From an uncultured Gemmatimonadales bacterium (GTDB taxonomy: Bacteria > Gemmatimonadota > Gemmatimonadetes > Gemmatimonadales > Gemmatimonadaceae): a stretch of DNA of 64,000 nucleotides. The notes under the pieces are model-generated. The model saw only the letters and a program-made list of their open reading frames with translations, did no database searches and had not been told where the DNA came from. Made by a program: the position numbers and the translations under genes. Where the stretch lies: assembly GCA_963701965.1 (NCBI GenBank), contig OY969695.1, forward strand, positions 5,052,567-5,116,566, written 5' to 3'. This document shows, piece after piece, positions 48,234-58,814 of this stretch (the stretch's first letter is position 1; each line of letters opens with the position of its first letter).

Positions 48234-49534
48234 GCATCGCGCACCATCGCCGCCATGTCCGCCTCGGCGACTATATGGCCATCGACTTTCGCGATCCCCC
48301 GCATCTTGCACACCGGACCCCGAATTTGGACCATCTCCAGCTCCAGGCGTAGTTGATCGCCGGGCTTCACCGGCCGGCGCCACTTCACGTTGTCCAGGGA
48401 GATGAAATAGACCACCTTCCGATCGTACGGCTCGCCGACCATGCCCATCAACAACATGCCGCCGGTCTGCGCCATCGCCTCAATGATCAGCACCCCGGGC
48501 ATAATGGGATGCCCCGGGAAATGCCCCTGAAAAAAAGGCTCGTTGATGGTGACGTTCTTGATCCCCACAACGCGTTTTCCCGGTTCGATCTCGAGGATGC
48601 GATCCACGAGGAGAAACGGATAGCGGTGCGCCAGGACCTTCATGATCTCTTCGATCGGCATGCCGTGCTGCGTCACGCGTTCCCTCCCCTGGGCGGCTAC
48701 GGCGACTTTGACCAGTTCGCGGACGAGGGTGACGGTTCCCCGATGACTCGGCCGAATCGCCACCACGCGCGCGCGCACCCGCCGGCCGGCGAGCGCCAGA
48801 TCGCCTAAACAATCCATCGCCTTGTGCCGAACGAATTCGTCCGGCCATCGCAACCCGTCGCTGACGACGCCCGCGGCGTCGAGGACGACGGCATTCGCCA
48901 TTGAAGCGCCCTGGATCAAACCCTTGGCCCGGAGCGCCTCGACTTCGTGCATGAACCCGAACGTGCGGGCCGCCGCCAGTTCGCGGCCGAACGTGTCCGG
49001 CGTGATCGCGTACGTGCCCGACTGACGGCCGATGACCGGATGCGCGAAATCGATCGTGACCTCCAGCCGCAGGTCGCTCGACGGGTGCGCCTCATAGACC
49101 GAGTCCCCATCGATCACCCGCACGGACTCGGCCAGATCTAAATACTCGGGCGCCACCTCCGCCGCCGCCACCCCTGCCCCGGTGAGCGCCTCGAAGAACG
49201 GCGCCGCGCTCCCGTCCATGACGGGCGGCTCGGGTCCGTCGACGTCGATGAAGATGTCGTCGATCTCGGCGGCCGTCACGGCGGCCAGCACGTGCTCCAC
49301 CGTGTGCAGCTCCACGCCGTTCCGCCCGAGCTGGGTGCGGCGCTCGGTGAGCTCGGCGTGCTCGATCCGCGCGGGGATCGCCGGCGAACCGGGAAGATCG
49401 ACGCGCCGGAATACGACGCCGTTGAGCGGTGGCGCGGGACGGAACGTCAGACGGCTGGCGACGCCCAAATGCAGGCCGATGCCGGAAAGCGACGCGGGCC
49501 GGGCAATGGTGCGCCGGCGCGTGGTGACGGTCAC
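48230..49534 (-). CDS. lpxC/fabZ: Bifunctional LpxC/FabZ
   Basis: LpxC motifs GIGLHLG, TVEHVLAA, ARTFGF, HKAMD in one frame with FabZ motifs HRYPFLLVDR and NEPFFQGHFP. Confidence 0.95.
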   Translation of the reverse strand: MTVTTRRRTIARPASLSGIGLHLGVASRLTFRPAPPLNGVVFRRVDLPGSPAIPARIEHAELTERRTQLGRNGVELHTVEHVLAAVTAAEIDDIFIDVDGPEPPVMDGSAAPFFEALTGAGVAAAEVAPEYLDLAESVRVIDGDSVYEAHPSSDLRLEVTIDFAHPVIGRQSGTYAITPDTFGRELAAARTFGFMHEVEALRAKGLIQGASMANAVVLDAAGVVSDGLRWPDEFVRHKAMDCLGDLALAGRRVRARVVAIRPSHRGTVTLVRELVKVAVAAQGRERVTQHGMPIEEIMKVLAHRYPFLLVDRILEIEPGKRVVGIKNVTINEPFFQGHFPGHPIMPGVLIIEAMAQTGGMLLMGMVGEPYDRKVVYFISLDNVKWRRPVKPGDQLRLELEMVQIRGPVCKMRGIAKVDGHIVAEADMAAMVRDA

Positions 49535-50568
49535 GGACGCTTCTCCTCTTCCGCGAGCAGCCGCTCCAGGAGCTTCATGTACTTGGGCAGCTGGTGCATG
49601 GCGGCGTAGGCGCGCAACGACTCGAGATGGGGACGCGCCGGGTAACCCGAATAGGTCTGGCCTCCGGCGAGGCTTCCCATCGCACCCGCCTGACCGCCCA
49701 ACCGGGCGCCGGCGCCCATCGTCATGTGGCCGACGATCGCGGATTGGCCGGCCATGACGCAACCGTCTTCGAGTCGCGTGGAACCCCCAATGCCTGACTG
49801 GCCCAACAGCAGGCACAGTCGTCCCACGCGGACGTTATGCGAGATGTGCACCAGGTTGTCGATTTTGGTGCCGGCGCCAATGACGGTGTCGTCAATACTG
49901 CCGCGATCGATCGCCGTGTTGGCGCCAATCTCCACGTCGTCCTCGATCAAGCATCGCCCTACGTGAGGAATCTTCGCGTGCACGCCATCGCGGAACACGT
50001 AGCCGAACCCGTCGCTCCCGATCACGGTGCCGCTATGCACGGCCACCCGGCGGCCGAGTCGGGACCCGCTGTAGACCGTGACGCAGGGGAAGAGCCGCGA
50101 GTCGGCACCGATCTCGACCCCGGCGCCGACGACGCAGTGGGAGCCGATCCAGACGCCGGCGGCCAGGGTGACGCCCTCGCCAATGACGGCGTACGCGTCA
50201 ATGGTGACGTCAGGCGAAAGCTGGGCACCGCGGCCGATGCGCGCGGTGACGTCGATACCCGGCCGACGCTCCGGCGCGACGTAGAATCGCGGGATCAGCG
50301 TCAGCATCGCGTCGTGGGGACTCTTCACGATCACGCGGACCGGCGGACCCGGGGCCGGCGCCAGGTCCGGCGCCACGAGGGTCACGCCGGCCTCCGACCG
50401 GGCAAACTGCGCGCTGTATTTCGAGTTCGCGAAGAAGCTCAAGTCCGAGGGTCCGGCGCGCTCCAGCGGCGCGAGCCCAAGGACGGTGGTCTGCGGATCG
50501 CCGACGAGCGTGCCCCCGACGGCGGCGGCCACCTCCGCCGCCGTCATACCGGACACCGGGTGTGTCAA
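49531..50568 (-). CDS. lpxD: UDP-3-O-(3-hydroxyacyl)glucosamine N-acyltransferase
   Basis: Hexapeptide repeats, GSDGFGY, IEDDVEIGAN, KIDNLVHISHN. Confidence 0.95.
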   Translation of the reverse strand: MTHPVSGMTAAEVAAAVGGTLVGDPQTTVLGLAPLERAGPSDLSFFANSKYSAQFARSEAGVTLVAPDLAPAPGPPVRVIVKSPHDAMLTLIPRFYVAPERRPGIDVTARIGRGAQLSPDVTIDAYAVIGEGVTLAAGVWIGSHCVVGAGVEIGADSRLFPCVTVYSGSRLGRRVAVHSGTVIGSDGFGYVFRDGVHAKIPHVGRCLIEDDVEIGANTAIDRGSIDDTVIGAGTKIDNLVHISHNVRVGRLCLLLGQSGIGGSTRLEDGCVMAGQSAIVGHMTMGAGARLGGQAGAMGSLAGGQTYSGYPARPHLESLRAYAAMHQLPKYMKLLERLLAEEEKRP

Positions 50569-51200
50569 TTACCCGGAGGGCTCTTCGGGCGCGTCACGCC
50601 GGACGGCGACGGCGGCGCGCCGCGCGGCGTCGTCGTCGCGGGCGCCGGCGTGGCGGGAGTCGTCGTGCCCGACGCGACCGGCATCGCGCGCAGGCGCGAG
50701 ATCACTTGGTCGGTGACGTCGAGGTTCCGATCATAGGCCACGACGGCACCGCCCGCGTTCGGCGAGAAGTCCATCACCATCGTGTACTGGCCCTCGGCGC
50801 GCACCTGCTCGATGACCTTGTGGATGCGGTCGAGAATCGGCTGCACCAACTCGCTCTGCCGCTGCTGGGCGTGCTGCTCGAGCTGCTGCTGGCGCTGCTG
50901 GAACGCGGCCTGCTTGTCGCGGATCGTCTGCGTGCGGGTGGTCTTGTCCGCCTGACTCAAGGTCGGCTCCGCTTTGCTGAAATCCGAGATCAGCCCCGAA
51001 ATGGAGTCGCCCATCGCCTTTTCCTGGGCGCGCACGTCGTCCATTTCCTTGTTGAATTGCTGCTCGGCCTCGGCACGTCCGGGGACCGACCCGAAGATGC
51101 GTTGACCATCGACGAACGCGACTTTGGTTTGTGCCTGCGCCGTTGTGCTTCCGAGAACGAGCGCGGTGGCGAGCGCCAGGGCGCCGGTGAGAGTTCGCAT
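50565..51200 (-). CDS. skp: OmpH/Skp periplasmic chaperone
   Basis: Signal peptide, KVAFVD, coiled coil, LDVTDQVI; located between bamA and lpxD. Confidence 0.9.
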   Translation of the reverse strand: MRTLTGALALATALVLGSTTAQAQTKVAFVDGQRIFGSVPGRAEAEQQFNKEMDDVRAQEKAMGDSISGLISDFSKAEPTLSQADKTTRTQTIRDKQAAFQQRQQQLEQHAQQRQSELVQPILDRIHKVIEQVRAEGQYTMVMDFSPNAGGAVVAYDRNLDVTDQVISRLRAMPVASGTTTPATPAPATTTPRGAPPSPSGVTRPKSPPGN

Positions 51201-51215
51201 AATGACTCCGAGAGT

Positions 51216-53633
51216 TTAGAAAATGTTGCCCAGCCGGAAGTGCGTCTGCCAGCCTGGATTCGGACGGCCCAACGCGTCCAGCTTGTCGAATCCATAGGCC
51301 TCGTCGAGCCCGAGTGGTCCGAGAGGGGTGACAATGGAAATCCCGATCCCCGCGCCCTTGAAGAGTCGCGTAGGATCGAAATCCCGTGGGCCGGCCCACA
51401 GGTTGCCGGCATCTAAAAATACATCCAGATAGATCGACGAGTTCATCCGGAGACCCATCTCCGTGGTCGTCGTCATGAACGTGTTGCCGAAGGACGCCGC
51501 GGTGGCGTTGAAGGTGCTCGTACCAGTGAGGAAGCCCTGCGGCGTAATGGAGAACTCGGGGTAGCCCCGAAGCATCTCGCCGTACTGCACGCCGCCCATG
51601 GCAAACGCCTGGGAGTAGAAGAAGGGGCCGGTTGACCCGAAGACCGTACCCAACCGGATCTTCTCGCCGAACACGATCTTGATGGGCGCCGACCCGATTT
51701 CGTTGGCGCCGAACGTGGCCAGGGTGGCGTAGCCTCGGAGCTCTCCGATGGCTCGCTGGTAGTGCGCCGTCCCGCCCAGAATACCGCCGTCGAAATCGAC
51801 GGACAGGGTCTGCATGCCGCCGGACGACGGGAACGGCATATCGCCCCGGTTATCATGACTCACCGACAGGCTGACGACGGACCGGATACAGCCCCGACAC
51901 TCGTTGGCGATCGCGCCGAGCAGGGATGTGGTATCCCCCGTATATCGAATCGACTCCAGACCGTACGACGCGAACAACCGCGTGTAAAGGCTGTGGGGGA
52001 CCGGGAATCCCAACTGGACGTTGCCACCCGTGGTGATCGACTCGCCCAGCGCGCCGATCGTGTATTGCGACTGCGAGTGGTAGGCCGTGAACTGCCCGGA
52101 GATACGGGGGCCGAACAGGGTCGGGTCCGTGTACGTCGCCGTCAGGTTGTTGATGTAGCGGCCGAATTGCCACTGGATCGAGCCTTTCTTGCACTCGCCA
52201 AAGAGGTTCGGTTGATCGAGGCCAATGAACCCTCCAACCCCTGTGCCCTGCCCGGTCGACGCGCCGAAATTGACGTTACCGGTGCGCTTCTCCTTGACGT
52301 GAAAGATCAGGTCGACGTCGCCCTGGTCACCGGCCGGCCTGGTATCCGGCGGCGGGATCGGCGTGTCGAAGAAGCCGAGGTTGCCGAGGTTCTGGTAGCT
52401 CTGAATGAGCCGCTCCTGGCTGAACACGCCGCCCGGGATGATGACGAGGGCGTCCCGGATGCAGCTCTCGGTCGTATAGTCGTTGCCGATGATCTCGATG
52501 CGGTTGACGATGGCCGGGGACTTCTCCTCGATGAGCCATTGGAGGTTCACGATCGGCTGTGAGTCCTTGCTCACCGCGCGGTCGGCGACCGGGCGGATCG
52601 AGGCGTAGATGTACCCTTCGTTGCTGTAAGCCGTGCGCAACTTCGTGGTCGCGTCGTCCCAGCGGGCGCGGTTGAACACGTCGCTGGGCACGCTCTTCTT
52701 CCCGAGGAAGACGTGCCCCAAGCTCTGCGCGAACGTCGGGCCCTGGCGCCGGAAGGGATAAAATCGATCGATCTCGTCGGTCGAGAAGCGACGATTCCCG
52801 ATTACGTCGAAGGACCCGACTTTGTACTGGGGGCCTTCCTTCAGGGTCATGGACACCAGCGCCTTTCCGCGCTCGCGGTCGACGACCAATGTGTCCTTGA
52901 CGACCTGAAAGTCAATGTAGCCCTGGCTGGCGTAGAGGTCGGGAATGCGCTCGGCGAGATCGGAGGCGAAATCGTCTTCGTTGAACTCGCCCTTCCGGAA
53001 GAAGAGGAACCCTTCCGGCTTGGTCTTCATGGCGCCGACGACTTCGCCGGGCTTGAGATCTTTCGCGCCTTCGACCATCACGCCGGACACGGCGAGCCGG
53101 CGGCCCTCATCAATATGGAACGTGAGGTTGACCTTGTCCTTCTCGATCGCGGTGTCGACCGTCACCCTGGCCAGGTAGTAGCCGCTGGCCTCGTAGAGCG
53201 AGTCGATGCGCGAGAGCGCGCGGGAGACCAGACCCGGGTCGATCGGCTTGGTCGACGCGAGATCGATCTTGTCGCGCACGGCCTTGGCGCTGACGTGCAA
53301 TGCGCCGAGCACCGTAAAGGTCCCGAGCACCGGCCGCTCCTTCACCGACACCGTCAGCACCGAGCGGTTGGTCGAGCTCAGCGCGCACGCGATTTGCACG
53401 TCATCGAACTGACCGGTACCAAAGAGCGCCTTCACGCCCTCCTGCAGTTGCCGTGCGTTGAGCGGCGCCCCCGCGAGGATCCCCATCGACGAACGAATGG
53501 TCGCCTCGTCGACCCGGGTGTTGCCCGAGACGACGATCGAGTCCGGCTTCGCACATCGTCCGGAGATATCCTGCGCAAAGACGCGCCCGCCCGCCGCCAT
53601 TGCGGCGAGCACGACGCATAGCAAGTAACGCAT
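51216..53633 (-). CDS. bamA: Outer membrane protein assembly factor BamA
   Basis: POTRA repeats, NLFG, LRGY (VRGY-like), TPLGPLGLD, terminal aromatic residue (GNIF). Confidence 0.95.
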   Translation of the reverse strand: MRYLLCVVLAAMAAGGRVFAQDISGRCAKPDSIVVSGNTRVDEATIRSSMGILAGAPLNARQLQEGVKALFGTGQFDDVQIACALSSTNRSVLTVSVKERPVLGTFTVLGALHVSAKAVRDKIDLASTKPIDPGLVSRALSRIDSLYEASGYYLARVTVDTAIEKDKVNLTFHIDEGRRLAVSGVMVEGAKDLKPGEVVGAMKTKPEGFLFFRKGEFNEDDFASDLAERIPDLYASQGYIDFQVVKDTLVVDRERGKALVSMTLKEGPQYKVGSFDVIGNRRFSTDEIDRFYPFRRQGPTFAQSLGHVFLGKKSVPSDVFNRARWDDATTKLRTAYSNEGYIYASIRPVADRAVSKDSQPIVNLQWLIEEKSPAIVNRIEIIGNDYTTESCIRDALVIIPGGVFSQERLIQSYQNLGNLGFFDTPIPPPDTRPAGDQGDVDLIFHVKEKRTGNVNFGASTGQGTGVGGFIGLDQPNLFGECKKGSIQWQFGRYINNLTATYTDPTLFGPRISGQFTAYHSQSQYTIGALGESITTGGNVQLGFPVPHSLYTRLFASYGLESIRYTGDTTSLLGAIANECRGCIRSVVSLSVSHDNRGDMPFPSSGGMQTLSVDFDGGILGGTAHYQRAIGELRGYATLATFGANEIGSAPIKIVFGEKIRLGTVFGSTGPFFYSQAFAMGGVQYGEMLRGYPEFSITPQGFLTGTSTFNATAASFGNTFMTTTTEMGLRMNSSIYLDVFLDAGNLWAGPRDFDPTRLFKGAGIGISIVTPLGPLGLDEAYGFDKLDALGRPNPGWQTHFRLGNIF

Positions 53634-53743
53634 GGGCCAAAATATACACGGGAGGGGCCCAAAGGTACCGTCAAGATTCGACATCCCGTGGATGGCCCTC
53701 CGTGTATGTCTATTTGAAGCGATTGGGCCTTTGGCCCAATCGC

Positions 53744-53864
53744 ACCCGTGCGGCTCGCACCTAGAGCCAGCCTGAACCAACAGCCTTGGGGGTACCAACA
53801 GCCTTGGGGGTGAGGTTGTACGCAGAACCCCTGGGACTCCGAGGGACCGGCGCGTCGGCACGGT
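53744..53864 (+). ncRNA. Candidate structured RNA (6S-like closing stem)
   Basis: CCGTGC 53746-53751 pairs with GCACGG 53858-53863 and the stem extends imperfectly; contains TGAACCAACA. Shorter than a typical 6S RNA. Confidence 0.3.
53776..53811. repeat. Perfect 18-bp tandem duplication
   Basis: ACCAACAGCCTTGGGGGT repeated twice. Confidence 0.92.
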
Positions 53865-53875
53865 AGCATCGGAGC

Positions 53876-53911
53876 AAAAAAGAAGCGCCTTCCCCGAAGG
53901 GGAGGCGCTTC
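53876..53911 (-). terminator. Rho-independent terminator downstream of the Clp ATPase gene
   Basis: Minus strand GAAGCGCCTCCCC-TTCG-GGGAAGGCGCTTC followed by TTTTTT. Confidence 0.88.
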
Positions 53912-53933
53912 CCTGTCCTACTGAGACTTGGGG

Positions 53934-54152
53934 CTAGGCTTTGGCGGGCGTGGCGACGATGAACTGGAGCTTCGTGCCGTCCGGCGCGATGTCGACCTCG
54001 ATCTCATCGCCCTTCGCGAACTCGGCGAGGAGGATCTTCTCCGACAACGGGTCCTCGATGAACCGCTGGATCGCCCTCTTGAGCGGCCGCGCCCCAAAGC
54101 TCTCGTCATACCCATGCTTGACGAGAAACTCCGATCCCGCCGGCGTGAGGCG
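53934..54152 (-). pseudogene. 3' end of a ClpC/ClpB-type AAA+ ATPase (D2-small domain), truncated at the junction
   Basis: Manual translation RLTPAGSEFLVKHGYDESFGARPLKRAIQRFIEDPLSEKILLAEF...ATPAKA*; the sequence upstream is unrelated. Confidence 0.88.
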
Positions 54153-54203
54153 GACGAGCGCCTGGGCGAACCGCCGCAGCAGGAGCGGCCCATCGCGACG
54201 CTC

Positions 54204-55845
54204 TTACTTCGGCGCCCGGGAGACCGCAGCGAAAGTGCCGAACACGCCCTCGACGTCGTCGGTGAAATGCTGCGAGCCGCTTGTTGTAGACACTGGCGGG
54301 GCGAGCGGTTAATGATCGGGATGATCGGCAGGTCGGTCATCGCCACCGCCTGCACCTTGTTGAAGATCTCGCGCCGCTTGGCCGCATTGCCCTCGACCTG
54401 CGCCGCCTCGAGCAGTGCGTCCATCTCGGCGCTGGTGTAGCCCGAGCCGTTGGAATACGGCACGCCCTTCTTGATGTTCTTCGACCAGAAGACGCGCTGC
54501 ACGCCGATCGTCGGATCGGGCATGGTGAAGATGCCGTACGACGTGGTCTGGTAGGCGTTTGTCGGTCCAGATCCTGCGCTGGTAGGTCGCCGCGTCGCTG
54601 AGGCGGAGCTCGACGTCGATGCCGATCACCTTCATCGCCTGCTTGAAGTACTCCCCCGAAGCGCCGGTACTCCTCGGAGCCGTTCGCCGGGTCGTGGCTC
54701 ATCTTGAAGCGGATGCCGTTCTGCCTGGCGGGGGAAGCCCGGCCTGGGTTCGAGCAGCTCCTCGGCGCGGCTTCGTGTTGAACGCGTACTTGGGCACATT
54801 GTCGGTGTCGACTCGGGCTGCTTGACCGAGATCGGCCCGGTGGCCGCGGTGCGCATAGCCGAACCAGGTGTTCCTGGCGACGAAGTCGCGGGTCGATCGC
54901 GTGGGCGATCGCCTGGCGCACCCGCACGTCCTTGAACTGCGGGTCGCGATGTGAACTCGAGGTAGTACATCGCCCCGAACATCGAGTAGCCCTCGGTCGT
55001 GACAGTCGAGGCTCGGCAGCGCGTCGATGCGCTTCAGGTCGGCGAGGCGGCACCGGGTCGCCGCCGCTGACGTCGAGCTCACCCGTCTCGAGGGCGACGG
55101 CGCGCGCGCCGGCGTCGGATCAAGCGGACGATCAGGGCGTCGAAGTGCGGCTGGCCCTTGACCCAGTAGTCCGGGTTCTTGACGAGGCGGATAAACTTGC
55201 CGCGCTGCCACTCGGCGAACTTGAACGGGCCGGTGCCGACCGGCGCATTGAGCTGCGGGCTCGTGGTCGGGTCGCCCTTCTCGTAGAGGTGCTTGGGCAG
55301 GATCGGTGACTCCGATGCCGAGAGCGCCACCATCATGTACGCCGACGGCTTGGAGAGCTTGTAACACCGCGGTCAGCTTGTCGGGCGTCTCGACGCTTCT
55401 CGAGGTTGGCAAAGGTCGCACGGCCGCGCGGATGGTGCTTCTTGAGGACTTCCTCGAAGGTGTACTTCACGTCGGCCGAGGTGAACGGCGCGCCGTCGTG
55501 CCACTTCACGCTGTCGCGCAGCTTGAAGGTGACGGTGGCGCGCGTCGTCGGAGACCGTCCACGCGGTCGCGAGCGCCGGCGTCGGGATCGGAGCTTGCGG
55601 TCGTAGGCGACGAGGCCGTCCATGATCTTCGCGGAGATCTGCTGGACCATCTGCGCGCTGTTGAACGCGGTCACGAGCGACGGCGGCTCGGGCGTAAGCG
55701 CCCAGCGGAGCGTTCCGCCCGCGTCGCCCTGCGCCTCGGCCGCGCCGGCCCATCCCGCCAGGGCCGCCAGGCCGCTTGCCTGCAAACCCAGGCCGATGCT
55801 GGCGCCTCCAAGGAGCTTCACTCGATCCCGGTAGCTGAGCTTCAT
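54204..55845 (-). CDS. Family-5 (peptide/nickel) ABC substrate-binding protein, multiple frameshifts
   Basis: Segments in different frames: TFKLRDSVKWHDGAPFTSADVKYT, PVGTGPFKF, VRVRQAIAHAID, YTSAEMDALLEAA. Confidence 0.82.
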
Positions 55846-55894
55846 GTCTGGTCCTTGGTGCGCCGGATGCGCGGGTGCCGGAGGGAAGGGAAAG

Positions 55895-56274
55895 TCAGAT
55901 CGCGGCGACGACCTGGATCGAAACCTTGTACGCGCGGGTGCGAAGCTTGGCGACGACGTACTGGCAGCCCGGCGGTCGTGCCACGGCACCCAGGCGTCCC
56001 AACGCGTGTTGACCTCGTCGAAGTGGCGGCTGTCGCTGCAGTAGACCGTGGCGGTCAGGAGCTTGCGCTTGCTCGTGCCGCAGCGCGCAAGCACCGCGTC
56101 GAGCTTGTCGAGCACGCTCTGCGTCTGCTCGGCGACGGTGGCGAGGCCGTCGTCGGGCACCTGGGCGGCGATGTACGCGGTGCGGTCGTGGATCACCGCG
56201 TCGCTCGAGCTGCGGTCGAGCGGCTCGCGCTTCAGCGGCGCACGCGCGGCGGATGCCTTTCGGGTCGCTTCCAC
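55895..56274 (-). CDS. RidA/YjgF family protein (frameshift near 55965)
   Basis: AVIHDRTAYIAAQV...AEQTQSVLDKLD...GTSKRKLLTATVY...VSIQVVAAI. Confidence 0.8.
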
Positions 56275-56283
56275 GGCGCAGCC

Positions 56284-56632
56284 CTACAGCGCGGCGGTGA
56301 CCTGGATCGCCACCAGGTGCCGCTGGGTGATGAGCTTGGCCTCGATCGGCGTACGCGTCGGCAGGGCGTTCGGGTCGACCCGGCTGTCCCGGACCGTCGT
56401 TCACCGCGTCGAAGTCGCGCATGTCGGCGAAGACGATGGTCGCGGTGAGGAGCTTGCTCTTGTCGGTGCCGCAAAGCTTCAGCGTGTCGTCGATCTGGGC
56501 CAGGATCATCCGCGTCTGCTCGGCAGCGGTGGGGCCCGGATCCTTGGCGACGTTGCCGGCGAGGTAGGCGGTATTGCCGTGGATCACGGCCTTGCTGTAG
56601 CGGGTGCCCGATCCGACGTACTTCACTTCCAT
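56284..56632 (-). CDS. RidA/YjgF family protein (frameshift near 56400)
   Basis: RYSKAVIHGNTAYLAGNV...AEQTRMILAQID...GTDKSKLLTATI. Confidence 0.83.
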
Positions 56633-56716
56633 GGTGGCTGTTTCCTTGTATCAGAACTACGGAACGACGATTCTGAATGCTGGCACGACAACGAATTCTC
56701 TGTCAAGCTATCGACC

Positions 56717-57572
56717 ATGATCGCTGTCCTTCCCGGCGTCTTCCGCCGCCACGACCCCACCGCAGCGCCGGCGCCCGTCCTCGTCGACGTCTCTCGCAGC
56801 GGCCGCGAGTACCCGCCCGAGTTCCGCTCGCCGCTGCCGTTCAGCGAGGTGCACGACAACGTCTCGATGTACGTCGAGGACTTCTGCGCCGCCGCACCCG
56901 AGTTGGGCGCGACGCTGCTGTACGCGTGCTTCCCGAACACCTTCATCGACACTAACCGCAGCGCCGCCGACGTCGACGAGAGCCTGATCGAAGGCAAGTG
57001 GCCCGGCCCGATCGCTCAGAGCGACTTCACGCAGCGCGGCCTCGGCCTGATCAAGCGCCTCTCGCGCTATGGCACGCAGATGCAGGAGCGAAAGCTCACG
57101 GTCGCCGAGTTGCAGGATCGGCTCGCCACGTACCACGAGCCCTATCACCAGGAACTCGCTCGCATCCTCGCCGGCATGCGCGCGGCGTCGGGCGGCGATC
57201 CAGCTCAGCTTCCACTGCATGTCCGCGATCGGCGCGCCGACGCACGCCGACCCGGGCCAGCCGCGCGCCGACTTCAACATCGGCGACATCCGCGGAACGA
57301 CCTGCACTCCCGAGTTGTTCGAGCTCGTCGCGCGGACTCTGCAAGACCTCGGCCACACGGTGAGCCGGAACTTTCCCTACTACGGCGGCGAGCTGACGCG
57401 GCGCCATTCCAACCTCGCCAGCCGCACCGAGAGCGTGTTCATCGAGATCAACAAGCGTCAGTTCATCGACACGAAGAAGTTTAAGAAGACTGAGGGCTTT
57501 CCCGCGATCAAGGCGTCGGTCGAAGCCCTGATTCGACGCGTCGTCGAGCACGCGCGGGCGAGCACCGCTTGA
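56717..57572 (+). CDS. N-formylglutamate amidohydrolase family (frameshift near 57200)
   Basis: PVLVDVSRSGREYP, FIDTNR, GLGLI, YHEPYH, NFPYYGG, IEINK. Confidence 0.82.
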
Positions 57573-57634
57573 GCGCCACGCGCCACCCGAAATTCGAATT
57601 GCGGACAGCAGCGATTCCCGATAAAGTTAATTGC

Positions 57635-57651
57635 TTGGAACGTCGTTCCAA
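57635..57651. promoter_or_regulatory. Perfect palindrome upstream of the LVIVD gene (candidate operator)
   Basis: TTGGAACG-T-CGTTCCAA in an AT-rich gap, 45 bp before the ATG. Confidence 0.5.
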
Positions 57652-57696
57652 ATATTAGAACAACCAGCTCGGCTTAAACCAGGAGCAGATCCCGCC

Positions 57697-58810
57697 ATGC
57701 CTAAGGCCAAAGGTCTCAAGGAAGTCTCCTACTTCGACATCATCGGGGGAGGCCAGGTCACGATCCAGGGCAACTACTGCTACGTCGCCCACATGGACGC
57801 GCCGGCGGGCACGTCGATCCTCGACATTAGCGACCCGAAGCATCCAAGCAGGTCGCGCACATCCCGATCCCGCCGGGCGTGCACACGCACAAGGTGCGAG
57901 TCGAGAACGACCTGATGGTGGTGAACTGGGAATGCCCGCCTCCGTACATCTTCGACGACAGCTTCCAGGGCGGCATGCTCGTCTACGACGTGTCCAATCC
58001 CGCCAAGCCAAAGGAGCTGTGCTTCTGGAAGTCGGCCGGCGCGGGCGTGCACCGGTTCGACTTCGACGGCCGCTACGCCTACATCACGCCGACGGTAGAG
58101 GGTTACCATCTCAACATCGCGATGATCCTGGACCTCAAGGATCCGACGAAGCCCGAGGAAGTGGGCCGCTGGTGGATGCCCGGACAGTGGGTGGCTGGAG
58201 GCGAGACGCCCGACGAGGGCTATCGCCTGACCTGGTGCCACCACATCTTGCGCCGCGGCAACCGCCTCTACGTCGCGTATTGGCACGCCGGGATGGTGAT
58301 CCTCGACATCGAGGACATGTCCAAGCCCAAGCTCGTCTCGCGGCTTCAGTACAGCCCGGCGTTCAGCCATCCGACGCATACCGTGCTGCCGATGCCGTTC
58401 GATGTCGCGGGACGCAAGATCGCTATCGTCGCCGACGAGGACGTGCGAAGCTGCGCCCCTCGCCGCCCGCCTTCATGTGGATCGTCGACATCACTGACGA
58501 GAAGCAGCCGGTGCCGATCTCAACCTACCAGATCGAGGGCCTCGAGAACCGCAACATGCCCGAGTTCTCGGGCTGCCACGAGCCCGCCGAGCAGGTCTAC
58601 TCGACCGAGATCCCGGTCGCGTGGTTCGAATTCGGCCTGCGCCTTGTCGACGTGAAGAACCCGCACGCGCCCAAAGAGGTCGGCTACTTCGTCCCAGACA
58701 CTCCGTCGGGCTTCGACCGACCGCAGACGAACGATGTCTTTCTGACGAAGGAAGGGCTGATGTACGTGATCGATCGCAACCGCGGCCTGCACATCCTCGA
58801 GCGCGCGTAG
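57697..58810 (+). CDS. LVIVD-repeat beta-propeller protein (frameshifts near 57845 and 58448)
   Basis: Repeats SILDISDP, LVYDVSNP, MILDLKDP, VILDIEDM, IVDITDE, LVDVKNP; conserved HTHKV and HPTHT. Confidence 0.82.
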
Positions 58811-58814
58811 GGCG

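Noticed and set aside
48230..49534. LpxC-FabZ fusion as a novelty
   Set aside because: The fusion is already well known, for example in Bacteroidota and Chlorobi.
53918..54523. 201-aa ORF from the track treated as one gene
   Set aside because: It is a composite of an SBP fragment, out-of-frame linker and an off-frame reading of the Clp tail across the junction.
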